DNA of 32,000 nucleotides from an uncultured Chloroflexia bacterium (GTDB lineage Bacteria; Chloroflexota; Ktedonobacteria; Ktedonobacterales; JADMIN01): NCBI GenBank assembly GCA_963718915.1, contig CAVRAI010000010.1, positions 9,974 to 41,973 of the forward strand, read 5' to 3'. Shown piece by piece: positions 32,000 to 32,000 of this stretch (position 1 is its first letter; each line of letters starts with the position of its first letter). The notes under the pieces were generated by a model. It saw only the letters and a program-made list of their open reading frames with translations, ran no database searches and was not told where the DNA came from. The position numbers and the translations under genes were made by a program.

Positions 32000-32000
32000 C

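Noticed and set aside
1-32000. tRNA, rRNA, transposase, integrase or prophage genes, or a recognisable anti-phage defence operon
   Set aside because: I found none by eye in any intergenic gap or ORF translation. The CPBP/Abi-family name reflects protease-family history and is not evidence of abortive infection.

Overview
This is a high-GC, gene-dense bacterial chromosomal segment; hand counts on single sequence lines give about 65% G+C in typical genes. I call about 27 protein genes and found no rRNA, tRNA, CRISPR array, transposase or integrase. Strong AGGAGG-type ribosome-binding sites, TTGnnn-17/18-TATACT promoters and two dispersed hairpin-repeat families suggest a Chloroflexota-like or other GC-rich Terrabacteria genome, but that is a low-confidence guess. 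Most of the content is housekeeping or envelope-related:
- partial VOC-fold gene and comA-like phosphosulfolactate synthase
- a pentapeptide-repeat protein fused to a channel-like membrane domain
- phosphomannomutase/phosphoglucomutase
- pspA plus a small PspA-associated-like gene, and htpX plus a conserved soluble partner
- two APH-family kinases, one in an operon with an Eis-like GNAT
- an Asp-box lipoprotein, an LLM-class oxidoreductase and a lactate-2-monooxygenase-like flavoenzyme
- a CPBP protease, argC-argB, a GT-C-like glycosyltransferase, an amidohydrolase, recG and a SAM methyltransferase.

The items most worth a second look are:
1. An orphan DUF4157-type HExxH effector-like protein whose roughly 335-aa C-terminal domain I cannot place and whose DNA is visibly more AT-rich than its own N-terminus.
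2. A family of at least 9 intergenic 8-bp-stem/TGAA-loop hairpin elements showing compensatory stem changes.
3. A second GC-rich hairpin repeat inserted in frame into a kinase gene.
4. A promoter, ~95-nt leader and U-tract hairpin immediately upstream of argC.
5. Four TGCCA motifs phased at 11 bp in a divergent promoter.
6. A perfect 11-bp x6 tandem repeat abutting the htpX stop codon.
7. A DinB-family gene frameshifted in a (GAA)4 run.

All family assignments come from motif recognition by eye. No database search was run.
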